In this document: positions 51,481 to 64,000 of the stretch, one piece after another | Layout of the letters: each line of letters opens with the position of its first letter | Numbering within the stretch: the first letter of the stretch is position 1 | Position numbers and translations under genes: made by a program | Origin: Cetorhinus maximus | Taxonomy: Eukaryota | NCBI RefSeq assembly: GCF_964194155.1 | Contig: NC_135896.1 | Coordinates: 39,184,001 to 39,248,000 of the forward strand | DNA length: 64,000 nt | Reading direction: 5' to 3' | The notes under the pieces: model-generated | Databases searched by the model: none | Seen by the model: only the letters and a program-made list of their open reading frames with translations | Told to the model about the DNA's origin: nothing

Positions 51481-52312
51481 GCCGTAACTTCTGAGCTCCC
51501 CAGCGTCAGATTTGGGGAGTGGGGGTGTCCCAGAGATGCGCTGGGGAATCCCCTTCAGAAGTTCCCAGGTAAGGTTTGCACGGCAATTGCCCAGAAATGC
51601 AAATTTCCTCTGGACAATTGCCCTGCACTGGGAACCATCTGAAAACATGATTTAAATTGCAAACTTTGGATGGTTCCGACTGGCTTACACCAATAATTAC
51701 TCAGAAAAAGTTAGAAGGATTGAAATCACTTCTAACTTCTGGGCAACTATTGTACAGACCCAGACCGACCCTCCACAGGTCTGCCCCGTCCCCCACAGGA
51801 CCCTCCACCCCTCCAGGGGTCTCTGTCCTACACACCCCACACCCACCCCCACGGGATTCCTCAACTCGCTCGGCACGACTCAACCCGAGACTCATTCTCC
51901 GAGACCTACCTGCCCCCTCCCCTGAGGCCCAATTGGACNNNNNNNNNNNNNNNNNNNNNNNNNNNNNNNNNNNNNNNNNNNNNNNNNNNNNNNNNNNNNN
52001 NNNNNNNNNNNNNNNNNNNNNNNNNNNNNNNNNNNNNNNNNNNNNNNNNNNNNNNNNNNNNNNNNNNNNNNNNNNNNNNNNNNNNNNNNNNNNNNNNNNN
52101 NNNNNNNNNNNNNNNNNNAAAGGGGGGCGTGGTCTCCTTCACTTCAACTCTCCTGCACTTCGATGCTGGGCCTCGAGGGTGCGCTGCACTGCCTGGTTCT
52201 CGCCTGGCCTGAGTCAGAAGGTTGGGCGAGACAGATTCGGAAAAATATTCACGTGAGTAATCAGGCATGAGTGGCAATTTGACGCTGATTGCCGCTCCAA
52301 GGAAGTTACGAC
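51481..52312. mobile_element. Non-autonomous TIR element with a C-rich core (contains the assembly gap)
   Basis: Imperfect TIRs GCCGTAACTTC..GAGC..CAGCGTCA and TGACGCTG..GCTC..GGAAGTTACGAC. Internal 51540-51750 is homologous to 54120-54330. Confidence 0.6.
51939..52118. other. Assembly gap (180 N)
   Basis: Run of N characters. Confidence 1.
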
Positions 52313-53222
52313 CCAAAATATAAACAGACCAGGTTGTTGAATGCAGTATTCCCAGTCTACACTCACCTCTCCTCCACTCCATGCATGGGTTGAACCAATG
52401 GGGTTGAACCAATCAACATTCAATCTTTATCTGATCATGTTCTGGCATGACCTGATCTCATTACAAATTAAGTACAATGAATATTTTTATATTTTTAAAA
52501 CATGTTTTATTTTTATTTCATTTCTTTTCTATCTGGATGTGGTGCCTCCAAAGTGCTGCATCGGTTTGCTGTCACCACTTCAGGCTCAGCCCAAATTCAC
52601 ATGCCAGTTTAAGTTAAATACACTTGAAGCCTTCTAATTCAAATTTCAGTACATTGTTGTTGAATCTACCAGGCTATATTAAAATATATATTTTTTTGTC
52701 ATACTACTACTCTGAAAGCATTGTTGGAGAGTTATTAGTAATTGCTAATATATTTAAGCTGTTCCAATTTCAACAAAAAAACACTAAATAATTGTCCATG
52801 ACCTTGGCTTGTCTACACTCCATGAAAACTGTCACCATTCTGCTTCCACATGGCAAAGAAAAATCAATTCATCTGTGATCTTCCACAACAGTGTCACAAG
52901 AGCTCATTCTTACTGATTTCAGCTTGAATTTTTGCTTGGCAAAGTTCTTATATTCAGCATGGTGGAAAAGTTCTGGAGTTTATGCTATTGGTAAATACTT
53001 AGCTCTGTACACCTCCTATTCTTAACCTCTGGTATCCACATGTACCCACATATTCAAGTGTGTATTAAAGATCTGTCATTTTTCAGACAAACATTCATGA
53101 AATGTGTATTGTGGCTTCAATGGCTGTACAAATGTGGTCTTACAGTCTGAGCTGTTTTAATTCTGTAATTTTAAGAGAAATGCTAATTCTTTATTACCTA
53201 ATCTGAACTAATTCTTTTTCAG

Positions 53223-53420
53223 ATTTCAAATTTTCAGCCTCCTGCAGACTCGCACCGTGACTGGGTTGGCCCCCCAGATAGATTTTCAAACCTAAGACCT
53301 ATAAAGTTTTATTCACTCAAGAATGAATCCAAACTGGAACAGCAGCTGAGGAAGTTAAGGATAGACACACAAAATTGGAATCAAAAATTTTGGTCCAACC
53401 AGAACATAACTTTCAACCAG
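53223..53420 (+). CDS. COA8: COA8 (APOPT1) coding exon 2
   Basis: Acceptor ttctttttcAG, donor CAG|GTGGGT, 198 nt in phase 0/0. Translation [66 protein letters not shown] matches the COA8 signature DWIGPPDKYSNLRP...WNQQFWANQN. Confidence 0.96.
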
Positions 53421-53664
53421 GTGGGTTTTATGAGTTGTTTAAGCTTGCATTTATTAGAATGCTTTTAATGGCAAGAATTTCTGATTTTTTTAAGTCACAA
53501 GATGCAACCAGTCTTTCTTTGTATTATTTACATAGGACAGACGGCAATGAAACAGGCCATTCAGCTCAACCAGTCCGTGCTGGTGTTTATGTTCCACTCG
53601 AGCCTCCTCCTATCTTTCTCATCTAAAGCTAACATTATAATCTTCTATTCCTTTCTCTGTGCTG

Positions 53665-55448
53665 GGTTTCGGATCTTGCTGGTTTCTGGAGAAAAAATCA
53701 GAACCTTAATTCAATTCATAGGAGACACATGAAATCGTGATTAAGTTTCTTTTTATTAAAGTTTTTAAAAATTACATAATAATGAAAAAATAATGTTTGA
53801 AAAAAAAAATAAGGTAAGTAAGGCTAACTTGCGCGCTGTGCTAGATTCAAAGTACAGATTGGGCGGATTGGGTCATGTGGGATCAACGGTTGCTTGGAGC
53901 GTGGGAAAAAGACTGGTGCGCAAAAACAATAACTAGTCTGGTGTGCCAATGCAGCACACATCCAATTTTGGATAGCCAGATTTGAGACACTGTACCACTT
54001 CTACCTCACATTTATCTGTGCTGAAATTAATTTTCTCGCGCTCGCTCTCTCTCTCTCGGGTGCTCTCTCTCTTGGGCACTCTCTCTCTCGCGCTCTCTTG
54101 GGGGGTATCCGAAAGATAATGCTGGGGATTCCATCATGGAGGTTCCCAGGTAAGGATTTGCATGGCAATTGTCCAGAAGTGCACACTTCCTCTGGACTAT
54201 TGTTCTGCACTAGGAACCATCCAAAAATGCGATTTAAATCGCAAATTTTGGATAGTTCCGCCACGGTTACATCAATGGTTATCCAGAAAAGGTTAGAAGA
54301 ATTAAAACCTCTTCCACCTTCTGGGTAATTAATGTAAACACCCAGACCAACTGCCATGGGACTTCCCCCACTCCACCGACCGCCCCCCACAAGGTTTCCC
54401 CCCACACCCCTTACCTCCAACATCCCCCGACTTTCAACCCCACCACGTCCCCTAACCTCTGACCTCCCTCCTCCTACCTGATGTCTGGTCTGACCCCCCC
54501 ACCGGTGATACAACACCCCTGACATCTGATCCCTCCCCCCCGACATTCAAAATCCTGATTTCCTACCTTCCCACTTGCTCCTCTCCAACCCTGACCTTCC
54601 CATCCACCACCCCAACCCTCCCAAACACCCACCCGCGCGCACCCCCCCTCCCAGCCATGCTGACCCGCATGCGGCCTCCGCCGCCCTGACCCTCCCACCC
54701 ACCACACCATCGACCCTCCCACCCAGCCAACCCTTACCCTCCCACCCGGCCGCGACCCCCACCTACCCAAACTTCCCCCGCCCACCACCCCCCACTGCCC
54801 CAAACCTCCCAGCCGACCACCCCACCCGCCGCCCCGAATCTCCTGCGCTCCCAACCCCACCAGACCTCTGACCCACCTCACTTGACCCCTAACCTCTGAC
54901 CCTCTCACCCACATGCCCGACCTCCAACAATCCCCACCCACACACCGGACCTCTGACCCTCCCACCCCCACCACACCTACCCCTGACCTTCCCCGACCAA
55001 CCCCCCCCCCCCCCCCCCCAAAAAAAAAAATCCCAGATCTCCAATAACCCCGACCTCCAAACCCCCCCACACCCAACCTCCGGCCCCCTCACCCCCGACC
55101 CTCCCCCAATCCCCCAACATCCGACTGCCCCCAACTTCCAAACACCCCCTCCAAATCCTCTCCACTTACCTTAGACACTTAACTTCTCCCTGGCCTGTCA
55201 GTCTCACTGGCCCTTTAAATTTACATGCTTTACGGTAGCTAGTGCCGTAAAAAAGAGGGCCTGGCTTCCTTGCATCTGCCGGAGGTGCACTTTGCTGGAG
55301 CCTGTGAGGAGTCTTTCAATGCAGGCCACCAAACAGCTCCGGAGATCAGAAGGGACAGTGTAATTTTCAAGGTCAGGAAAGTATGTATTTATTTCTTCTA
55401 ACTCCTGCGGGCCATCTCTTTCCGATGCTAGTTGGAAGTTACGGCCCC
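53665..55448. mobile_element. Second, longer member of the C-rich-core element family, with a low-complexity C-rich tract at 54350-55165
   Basis: Shares 54120-54330 with 51540-51750 and ends in GGAAGTTACGGCCCC (55434-55448). The left boundary is uncertain. Confidence 0.55.
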
Positions 55449-55974
55449 GTGTTTCTTGCTTCTAGATATTGCCCACTCTCCTTTAGTAGGGATTCCATTA
55501 TTTTTTTCTGCCACCGATGTTAAGCTGACTGGTTGATAATTCCCTAGGCACGTTCTGTCCACCGTCTTAAATAGAATAATTACGTTAGCTATCTGTCAGT
55601 CCTCTGGCACTACACCTTTTTCTAACAAATTATTAAATATGTGTAGAAATGCCTCTGCTACCTCTTCCCTCGATTCTTTTTAAATACGTGGATGCAATCC
55701 AACCGGACCAGGAATTTTATCCTCTTTGTTTAGTTTATTCAGTGAATCCTTTCTTTTGTTTCAAATGCACTTATATCATTGTTCTTTTCATCATTCAATA
55801 TCATGTCTGCATGTTATCCTGTTTATCCCTCAATGGTCCAATTCCCATCATAGCCTTTTTTGTTATTGATGTGCCTGTAAAATATTTTACTATTTTATTT
55901 TATATTCCTTGATATTAATAGTAACCTATGATCTGAGAAATCAGCATAGATTAGTCAAACCACAAAAAGTTAGA

Positions 55975-56400
55975 ACATAGGAACAAAGGTATTAAGAGCA
56001 GGAATAGGTCTTTTGGCCCTTCAAGCCTGCTCCGCCATTCAATAAGATCATCTCTGGTCTGATTGTGGTCTCAACTCGCTTTCCTGTCTGCCCCCCACCT
56101 CCCACCCTCCCCCAATAACTCTTGACTCCCCGGTCTGTCAAAAATTTGACTCAGCCTTGAATAAGTTCAATGACCCAGCTTTCACTGTCTTTGGGGGAAA
56201 GAGAATTCCACAAGCGTATGACCCTCTGAGAGAAAACAAAAATCTCTTCATCTCCATCTTAAAAGGGAGACCTCTTATTTTTAAACTCTGTACTCTAGTT
56301 CTAGTCTCTCTCATGAGAAGAGACATCCTCCTGGAATCCACCCTATCAAATCCCCTCAAGATCTTGTATATTTCAATAAGATCACCCTTCATTATTCTAA
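55975..56400 (-). mobile_element. CR1 3' end
   Basis: ORF MKGDLIEIYKILRGFDRVD...ETRTRVQSLKIRG (56138-56476) and a tagaacatagg tail. Confidence 0.8.
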
Positions 56401-59399
56401 ACTCTATTGGGCATCGTGTGCTCAATTTAGTATTATAAGGAGCAAAGGATTTGATCAGCTCAGGTAGAACTTGCAATTGTTCTACTTATAAAATAACATT
56501 TTTAGAATATTTTTATAATTTTTAGCAATGAAGTATAAAGAACTTAAAAAGAAAAAATTGAAGTAAAGTTGATCAGCATGCTTCTGTATGTTTTGTCAAC
56601 GAATTGTATATAATTTAAGAGGGGACCCAGCATGGGAATTTGGGCCATGCCAGAGTAGCCATGAAGAAAAGCCATTGAAGGTTGTCGTTATGTTTATATC
56701 CTTACACACTTTCCTTGGAGGATAGTGCAAAGTGGTGGAAGAATTCACATGGACATCTTTATATCAGCTGATTTGGGAATGGTGGATGGGGAGAGGGGTT
56801 TGTTGTCTCCCACAATTCACACACAACCACTGGGAATATCCTGCTGGATGTCAACCCAGAATTCAGAGCAGGTGCTCTGATTTCTTACGTTTGTATTTCC
56901 ACTTGCCGTTTGAACCCTGCACCTTGTTACTAGGAGGCCGTATGCTACCACTAAGTCAGGTTTGCTCTGCCATTGGAGATAATTTAATTGTGACAAATAA
57001 ATTAATATTATTGTAGGTTTCAGCCCAGAGGAGATGCAATTGGAGTCTGAAAAGCTACTTGAAATTGGGGTAGTTGTATTGGGTAATCCATTCACTCTCC
57101 GGGTACACCAGTTACAGCTTAGGGACGTGTTAGATTGCACTCAAATAAACTGACGTTCTCTTCTAATTTGTTTGCCCTTAATATTTTTTTAAAATGTAGA
57201 TTTTGCATTGTGAACTACAGCACCAAATATTTGGTAAATAATCATTCTTACATTAGGAATATCTGAAGCTATACTCACCATACGCAGAACTACCTAATTA
57301 ATTTCTAATATTAAAAATCTTTTGACTGCAAACACATTTCTGGTCATACTTACTTCCTGTGTCATTATTTTGTCTCACAATGTGACACTAATACTTAACT
57401 ATATTGAATGGGTAATGCTATAAAATTTCATTTGTCACTCCATTCTTTCGACTATAGGTGGCACTGCCAACTTTCTTTCACATTCCTATTTCTGTTTGTT
57501 GACCTGAGCTGTTTTCTGCACTACAACAAAGTTAAAGTTATTTTAAAATAGTTACAGGCTGATCTAAAATAATGCATTTACAATATATTTATGGTCATAT
57601 GTTTTGATGCCCCACATTCCTCAATTCCTGATATTTCAGCAATGCACATAATTAACTAACATGTTGCCATCGCAGTTGCTGCATAACACAAACTAGGAAA
57701 GAATTTTAAGTCTTAGAACCTGTAAATTGATATGATTCTGTTTAATCTTGTCTCAATTTTGCCATGTTCTTCCAATGTAGATAAATAATTATTGTGCCAC
57801 TATTGCAGTCCATTAAAAAAGATGAAGGAAGAACTTGAACTATTAAAACTTGAAAATTGAATTTATTATTTTGTTCTGATAAGAATTTAATGACTTACTT
57901 CCCAATATTGACACCACCCTAATAGTTGCTGGTACAGCATAAAAAATTAGAAATTTTAATTTGGGAACCTGTAAATGTGTTTTACTCTGTCCGCTTCTGT
58001 GGGAATTCTATTTTTTTCTGCCTCATGACATCGCAATATTCTCTTTCCATGCAGAATTAAATAATTAAGTTGCATGTACACAGGTACACAGCATAGAGAT
58101 ATGCTTTGAACAATCAATTGCAAAAACCACATTTAATGAATGCAGACCAGGTATTTTTTAGGAAGTTATAAACCAGTACTACCAGATCTGGGATGCTGGG
58201 ACCCTCCCCTTCACCTTACTGACAAAAATTAATGTACCAATGACCCAAATCTTGTTATTTCGTCTCCCCTCTTCTAAGTATAGCAATCCACTTCTATGCT
58301 ACCAAAACCAAAGAACAGCCCCAGCGCAAGTAATTCCACTGCACACACTGCACCTAGGATTCCTTGGGATAGAGTCGCCGAGAGGGCACAGGGAAATACA
58401 CAAGGCGTGTGCGCAAGTTGGGGGCAGGGGTGGGGGTGGGGGTTGATATAATTAGGTAAGTGACCCAGTTCAGACAGTTTTTTATGGCAATGAGAAAATC
58501 TGATAAAAGAGCTGGGCACCTGGGTCTGTGCAGTTCTTTCCACTGACCCCAGAGGAAGAGACACGATTAGCAGGTTTGCAATCTTTGTACCAATAGTAAA
58601 TACCACTGCACAATAAGACTGTATTTGCATTACACTGACAGAAGTGGAGCTTAAGTTTATTTCAATATATTTTTCACTTTTTCCTCAGTGTTTTGTTCTC
58701 AACTTTCCCTGGCTGCTCCCAATAAATACCCCCCTGCACTGCCATCACCTTAGCTTAGATAGAAAAGACTATTGATTGGACTGGACCAATTCCCACAGCT
58801 GTTTGCATTTGCCTTGGCTGGCAGCTTTTTCAAATCAGTCTGTCAGTATACATGACTAGCTTGATGTCCCATGTTCTGGGAAAAGCCTATATTTTCTTTT
58901 GTGTGATGTCCCTTTAAGAACAAAGTGGGCTGGGGAGTATATTGAAAAATAGTTAATTGGTTTCCTGATTATGACATCATTAGGTTCCAAGAAATGCCCA
59001 GGTGACCTGGGGTTGCCATGGGGATGAACAGCTAAGAAGCAAAGTGTAAATAGAAAGATGATTGCAGTGGGTTAAGCCTTTTTTCTGTTTAACAGTTTAG
59101 AATTTGTGCAAAGAGAAAACAAACATGGCTCTTTCTGAATGGAACAGTTTTCTGTTTGGTAATCTTCAGACAGATACTGGTGTTAAATCATGCCTCTGAG
59201 AATAGAGCAGAGACTGTTATGGTTTGTGTTATACAGTTAGAAAGGACAGAACACTGATGACAGGAAGAACAAGGGATTGAGTGTGGACAATAACCATTGC
59301 TGCTGTTAAAGCAGTGCCAGGACCCACCAGACGGTTTAAAGTAAATAAGGTTTTTAACATGTTTAAGCTTCATTTAAAATTAAATTAAAATGTAAATTT

Positions 59400-60190
59400 T
59401 ACCAGTTTAATGTGATCCATGCCTTTGCTTTTCCTTGCTGAGTTTTCCAATGTCCAACATATATTTGGACACTTTAAGCTGCACCCAGGCATCTGAGTGA
59501 TCAGTTGTTAACCAGCTCCAAGAGGGACAGAGGACTGACTTCATGTGTTCACAGAGGTATGTGAATCCAAATGTTGAAAACATTGCAAATGCAATTTTCT
59601 TCAAACAATTAAATTTCCATGGCAGGGACGGTCAGCTCATCACAACAGAGGCCTCACAATCACTCACCGTAGCTTAACGTGCACTCTGCAGATCTCTAAA
59701 CTTTGCCCATAATTCCACTTCGTCAAGAAAGGTTTTCTTGTGCTTCATTTGAAAATCTCGTTGAACACTTGATGTGTGACAAACAACACTTTCAAACAGA
59801 AAGCACAGACCTTCTTTTGAATAAATCGAAATTTATCTGTCCAAGAAGGCTGAAATGAACGGACATCTAACTTTGCTTTTTTAGGAGCTGGCATTTTGTC
59901 AAATGTACCCCTCAATTTACAGTGAAAAAAAATTATGATAGACAATGTCAAACACGCACTGTTCCACGTTACGTGATACTTATATAAGCAGCAAACTGGG
60001 ACTTAAAAATATCCCAGTAATGAACAGAACACAAGCATTTACTATTTAAATTCTATACATTTTGGAACAATGTAACATACCTCCTTGGGATAAGGAAATT
60101 ACAAAATATTAGATTTAGAACTTTTTGTGCCGTTAATTGGACCAGCAGTGAGTGCCACTCAAAATCAGGCATGATTTTTGTCAACCCCTG
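59400..60190 (-). mobile_element. Internally deleted hAT DNA transposon (Charlie/SPIN/Buster-like)
   Basis: Terminus CAGGGGTTGACAAA at 60190-60177. N-terminal remnant MPAPKKAKLDVRSFQPSWTDKF...VCAFC (59745-59951) lies next to the C-terminal dimerization remnant FSTFGFTYLCE...LTTDHSDAWVQLK...KQRHGSH (59407-59604). The other TIR was not identified. Confidence 0.7.
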
Positions 60191-61746
60191 TTCTAGGATT
60201 TTGCCTCAGCAAATGTATACAGATAGTCAGTGAAATATTTTCCACAGAAGCTAAATGCTTTGCACCATTGCTAAACCTGGAGTATAAATCGAATGTGAAG
60301 CTATCTTATACTCCAATGTTCACAGTAATTACACAGTCCATGTGAACCACTAGGTGACCTGTGGTCAGACACAGCATTCTGAAACCAAGCGGCAGATGCC
60401 ACTCCAAACAGGTGCTATGGATTGCTCCTCAACTCCCCAGATGCTTGTCACACTGTGAGCCAACCAGTCTCACTGAACTCCATCTTTAACACAAGGATTT
60501 CCAATCTCCAATCTTTAAGAACTCGCTTTGGAATCTTCTCCCAAAGTGACGCTTTCTCTCAGGCGCCTTCTGCAAAGGTCCACCTTCAAGGTTTCAAACT
60601 CTCCTTCCAATGATCCTTTCTCCTGGATCGCTACATGCATTCAAGCTTTCTTCCATGCACGCTCTCTCAAATGGCCAGCTACGCCAACAGTACACCACTG
60701 CTTCACATGCCCATAGTAAAGAGTTACAGACTTTCAGCTATCTCTTTGGACCTTCTGTTTTCTCACTTTATATCTGCTTCCTGCAGCTTTCTTCTCTTTA
60801 AGCCTGAAGCTTGGAGCATTCCTCTCTGCTCCTTATTTTCACTTCCACAGAACAGGACCTTTTCCGGACTCCTGTTCTTCCTTTGACTAGAAGGTCTTCT
60901 TGGGACCCCTCCTTTCTGTCTCATTCCTTGGCTTTGGGACCTTTCGGTTGTTTTGGGAAATCTACTCTCTCTGCAGTTCCCTCTCCCAGTAGACTACTGA
61001 CAACTTGGCATCTCCCTTGAGATCCAGAACTCACTTGACATCACTGTTAATTTAACTTTACAGTAACTCTTCTAAGATTCTTAGACTTATACTAGCAGAC
61101 TGCTGTGGGAAATGTCAGCTAGAGAGAGACTTAAACTGCTCCCTTCAATTTGCAGCATAATGACCAACTGAACTTAAACTGCTTTTGGTTTCTGTGTCTG
61201 TGGGTGGGTCCTCCCTCTCTGGACCCCATGTTGCTAGGCAATGGCACAGTTTTTTTTCTACTTTTGTTGGCTTTAACTCTCCTTCAACAGTCATAGAAAA
61301 CTCATTAGAAATGCAGGTACACAAACAGAGCTTTAGACTTGCTGCCTCCACTCAAATGAAACTAGATCCCAGGTTTCACCTTTTAACCCACAAATAGAAA
61401 AAAATTGAACTTAAACTTAAAGATATACTTTATTCCTAACACACACAAATGCAAATATAACTTACTTAAACCATCTCTATTTCCTAATAGTTTTCCCTAG
61501 TTGTAGACTTTTTCAGGCTCGTGTTTTGACTCATACCTAGAATCTTTGTCAAATTTTTAAAAACGTGCACTAAAAATAAGACTGCACAGGGGAAGATTCC
61601 TCAGCCTTTGATACTAAATATTTTCCTTCCGATCTGCAAATAATGTTGAAGAACGTCACTGTTAAATTCAAAATTGGATAGATTTGTAAAAGCTTTAGGT
61701 TGTATGTCTGCCTGCTTTTTGTAAAATGTTATTCATTACTTGCCAG

Positions 61747-61810
61747 GAGAAAGAGAAGTTCATACACTCCCTCTTAAAGGCAAAAGGAATAGGATTAAGA
61801 GATGAGGAAG
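61747..61810 (+). CDS. COA8: COA8 (APOPT1) coding exon 3
   Basis: Acceptor ttactttgccAG, donor AAG|GTGAGT, 64 nt. EKEKFIHSLLKAKGIGLRDEE(G) matches human [22 protein letters not shown]. Confidence 0.94.
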
Positions 61811-62129
61811 GTGAGTAAACTGTATTCTATTTTTGTATTTCAGTTAGGTACCTATAAAGGTTTTTTCGATTCGTGGTCCAATTGTAAAAGACATTTTCTC
61901 TAAAATATATAAATGAGGTTGTTTAGAAATTCTTCTTGGAATGTTATGGATGTTTTATCATATTTTGGAATTGATTGGTAGGGAAGTATGAACCACTGAG
62001 TTTTCTGCATGTCTTAAAATTATCCCTGGTTACCATGTTATGTTTTAAAACTGCGTTGGAGGAACTCCAACCTTATGTAGAACATCCACTGTGAGGGGAG
62101 AGGGTGTGCATAGAACTTACTGATATCAG

Positions 62130-64000
62130 TATTGCTGAAAAAAGAGAGATGCTGTCAAAGCTTTTCGTCTTGCACTCATCAGGACAGACGCAAGAATGCC
62201 AAATTTCAAAGGTAACAACAGTTTATATTGCATGAGAAAACGGTGCTAATTAGTTAGCACCAATTAGCTAACCAATTAGTTCTGATTGGCTGAGACATTG
62301 CAATGGTGAATGCACCAGAGAGCTATTGTCCTCCATGCTTTTGTTTATTCAAAAAATGTGCAATGTCTGAACATATTCCTTTTGCCTGCAGGGAACAGGT
62401 ACCTGCAAATGAATATAAGTAGCTTCCAGCAAGCGTAAGTGAGCTACATTGCAAGCCCGACTAATAATCTTAAATTGGTTGTTGGTGTAATTAGCACACT
62501 CGGGGTTGTTCAGAAAATGCTGCCTAATCATGGAATCACATCTAACGTTAAACATTATGTTCTGAATTTTGCAAGCATGGATTGGTTGAGTATGGTCAAT
62601 ACTCTGCCTAATGCGAACAGCCCAAGGGATGTGCTGTTTGATACGATCTGCCAGTTGATGGGACCTGCGGCCTATGTACCTGGCATCATACCGGCACTGA
62701 AATTCATGTACCACATTAATCATTTGTGTGGTAGGCAGAATGTCTTTTTGGCTTGATGGTAGCATCCTGTTAGTGGAAAATGCCACACATGTTGCCACTG
62801 CATAGTAGCAGCTTGCTCAAACTGTTGAGAAATTTTATCCTTCCGGGGTAACTTTGAGGTAGACTGGGCACTTTTCAGGTCTGAAAGTGGCGGCCTTTGG
62901 CCCATTCGTGAGTACGTGCAATACACAGTGAGCAATGATCTGTGGATATGCAGGTTGTGTGTAGCCTTCACGAAAGTGAAGGAATCCTTCATCGAGTATA
63001 TGGAATACTCACTCAGAACCGGTTGTAGTAACTCGCTCAACCATTTGGCCAATTTATGTTAAGCAGAACCAGTCATAGATAAGATGGGGCATAATGGGAC
63101 ATCACTTTTGTGTGTCTTGGGCAGCCCCGTACATATATGGACATAGTGAACCATGAGGACGAATCCTATAATATACACCACAAGGCAGCTCATTACTCTC
63201 ACACAAGTCTAACAAAAGTTTTTGTAACTTGCTTTCGAACAGGGCTATGAGGTCGTACTTGGTGGTGGATCCAAAGAATATGAATTTTGATGTGTTATTA
63301 AGAACAGTGTGCATTTTGTCAATATAGTTGTGCTTTTTAAGGATGAGTATTCCAGTTCCTTTGCCCAGCTCTCAAATATGTATGCCTAGGTTGGCCTTGA
63401 GACTTTGCAATGTCACCAGACATTCACGCTGCATGTGAAAATGCAGCATGACAGCAATGCCTTGTCTATGTGCCTATTTGACATTGTGAGCCTATTCAGT
63501 AATGTGTTGCTTAAGGAAGCCATAGACATTTGAGCTGCGTCACTATAATATGGCAATCTAGATGCATTGCCAACTTATGAATTTAGCAACTTGCGCAGTT
63601 GAATTCAATTTTAATGACAATGTGTATGCCCAAATAGATTGTGTTGCCATGAAATCCCATGTAGGGCCAGCTCTCCCCAACATTTTCATTGGTTTTCACG
63701 AGAAATGTGTTTTTGATGGAATGCCCCCTCACTACCTACCCTTGCATATTTCTGATACATAGATGATTTGTTTGCTATATTTGAATCTGCAGCTGCTTAT
63801 AAGAATTTCCTGACACACCTTAATGCTCTCCATCCATGCTCAAATTCACCTTTGAAATGGAGCAGTCTAATGAGCTCCATTTCCTCAACATGCTAGTTGA
63901 GAAATCCACTAATGGGTTGTCTGCTACTCTTTACCACAAGCCTACCTTCACTGGTCAGCATACGCGTTTGAATTCCTACAGCTTCATGCACTACAAGATC
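62130..64000. mobile_element. Rearranged Penelope-like element (RT plus GIY-YIG endonuclease), decayed
   Basis: Minus strand: GIY-YIG VVHEFQCRYDARYIGRRSHQLADRIKQH...LRLLEATYI (62349-62798) and RT N-part (about 62945-63446; HKLAKWLSELLQPVL...KDSFTFV). Plus strand from about 63447: RT core MCLFDIVSLFSNV, YAQIDCVAMKSHVGPALPNIF, YIDDLF, KFTFEMEQSNELHFL, YHKPTFTG. Confidence 0.88.
62152..62187 (-). ncRNA. Minimal type I hammerhead ribozyme motif at the PLE terminus
   Basis: Minus strand reads CTGTC-CTGATGA-GT-GCAAG-AC-GAAA-AGCT-T-T-GACAG: 5-bp stem I, intact core, 2-bp stem II, palindromic AGCU loop III, UH cleavage site. Located about 160 nt 3' of the GIY-YIG ORF. Confidence 0.75.

Noticed and set aside
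54001-55165. Gly-rich and Pro-rich ORFs of 60-200 aa
   Set aside because: These are artefacts of the low-complexity C-rich tract, which lacks stop codons in several frames; no domain is recognisable.
57017-57082. Possible cryptic or poison exon in COA8 intron 2 (ttattgtAG...GGGTAAT)
   Set aside because: Splice signals are weak, exons 2 and 3 already join in frame as in human, and there is no independent support.
57448-57466. CTCF-like motif (ctatAGGTGGCAC)
   Set aside because: Only the 3' half matches the consensus, which is not supportable without ChIP or conservation data.

Overview
Eukaryotic (vertebrate) genomic DNA, most likely a shark or other cartilaginous fish, judged from the repeat families (CR1/L2 LINEs, DeuSINE-like and tRNA SINEs, Penelope-like elements). 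The backbone is the conserved head-to-head gene pair BAG5 and COA8/APOPT1. BAG5 is on the minus strand, with a single coding exon at 18431-19777, a putative non-coding exon 1 near 46565-46640 and an intron of about 26.8 kb. COA8 is on the plus strand, with coding exons 1-3 at 46921-47091, 53223-53420 and 61747-61810, and continues past the window. Both share a CpG-rich bidirectional promoter with NRF1 and ETS/GABP motifs. Most of the rest is decayed transposable elements: two deleted LTR elements with TSDs, a full-length decayed L1 nested in a CR1, hAT, Harbinger and Tigger-like elements, and Penelope remnants. Three observations stand out. (1) An intact, intronless RPS26 retrocopy lies in the BAG5 intron on the sense strand, with its own candidate splice acceptor and polyA signal, so it could be an alternative terminal exon driven by the BAG5/COA8 promoter. 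(2) A 143-bp hammerhead-type Penelope terminal fragment is inserted in the core promoter, and its 13-bp TSD duplicates the ETS/GABP site. (3) Minimal hammerhead ribozyme motifs occur on Penelope termini. All functional claims are hypotheses from sequence inspection only; repeat boundaries without TSDs are approximate.
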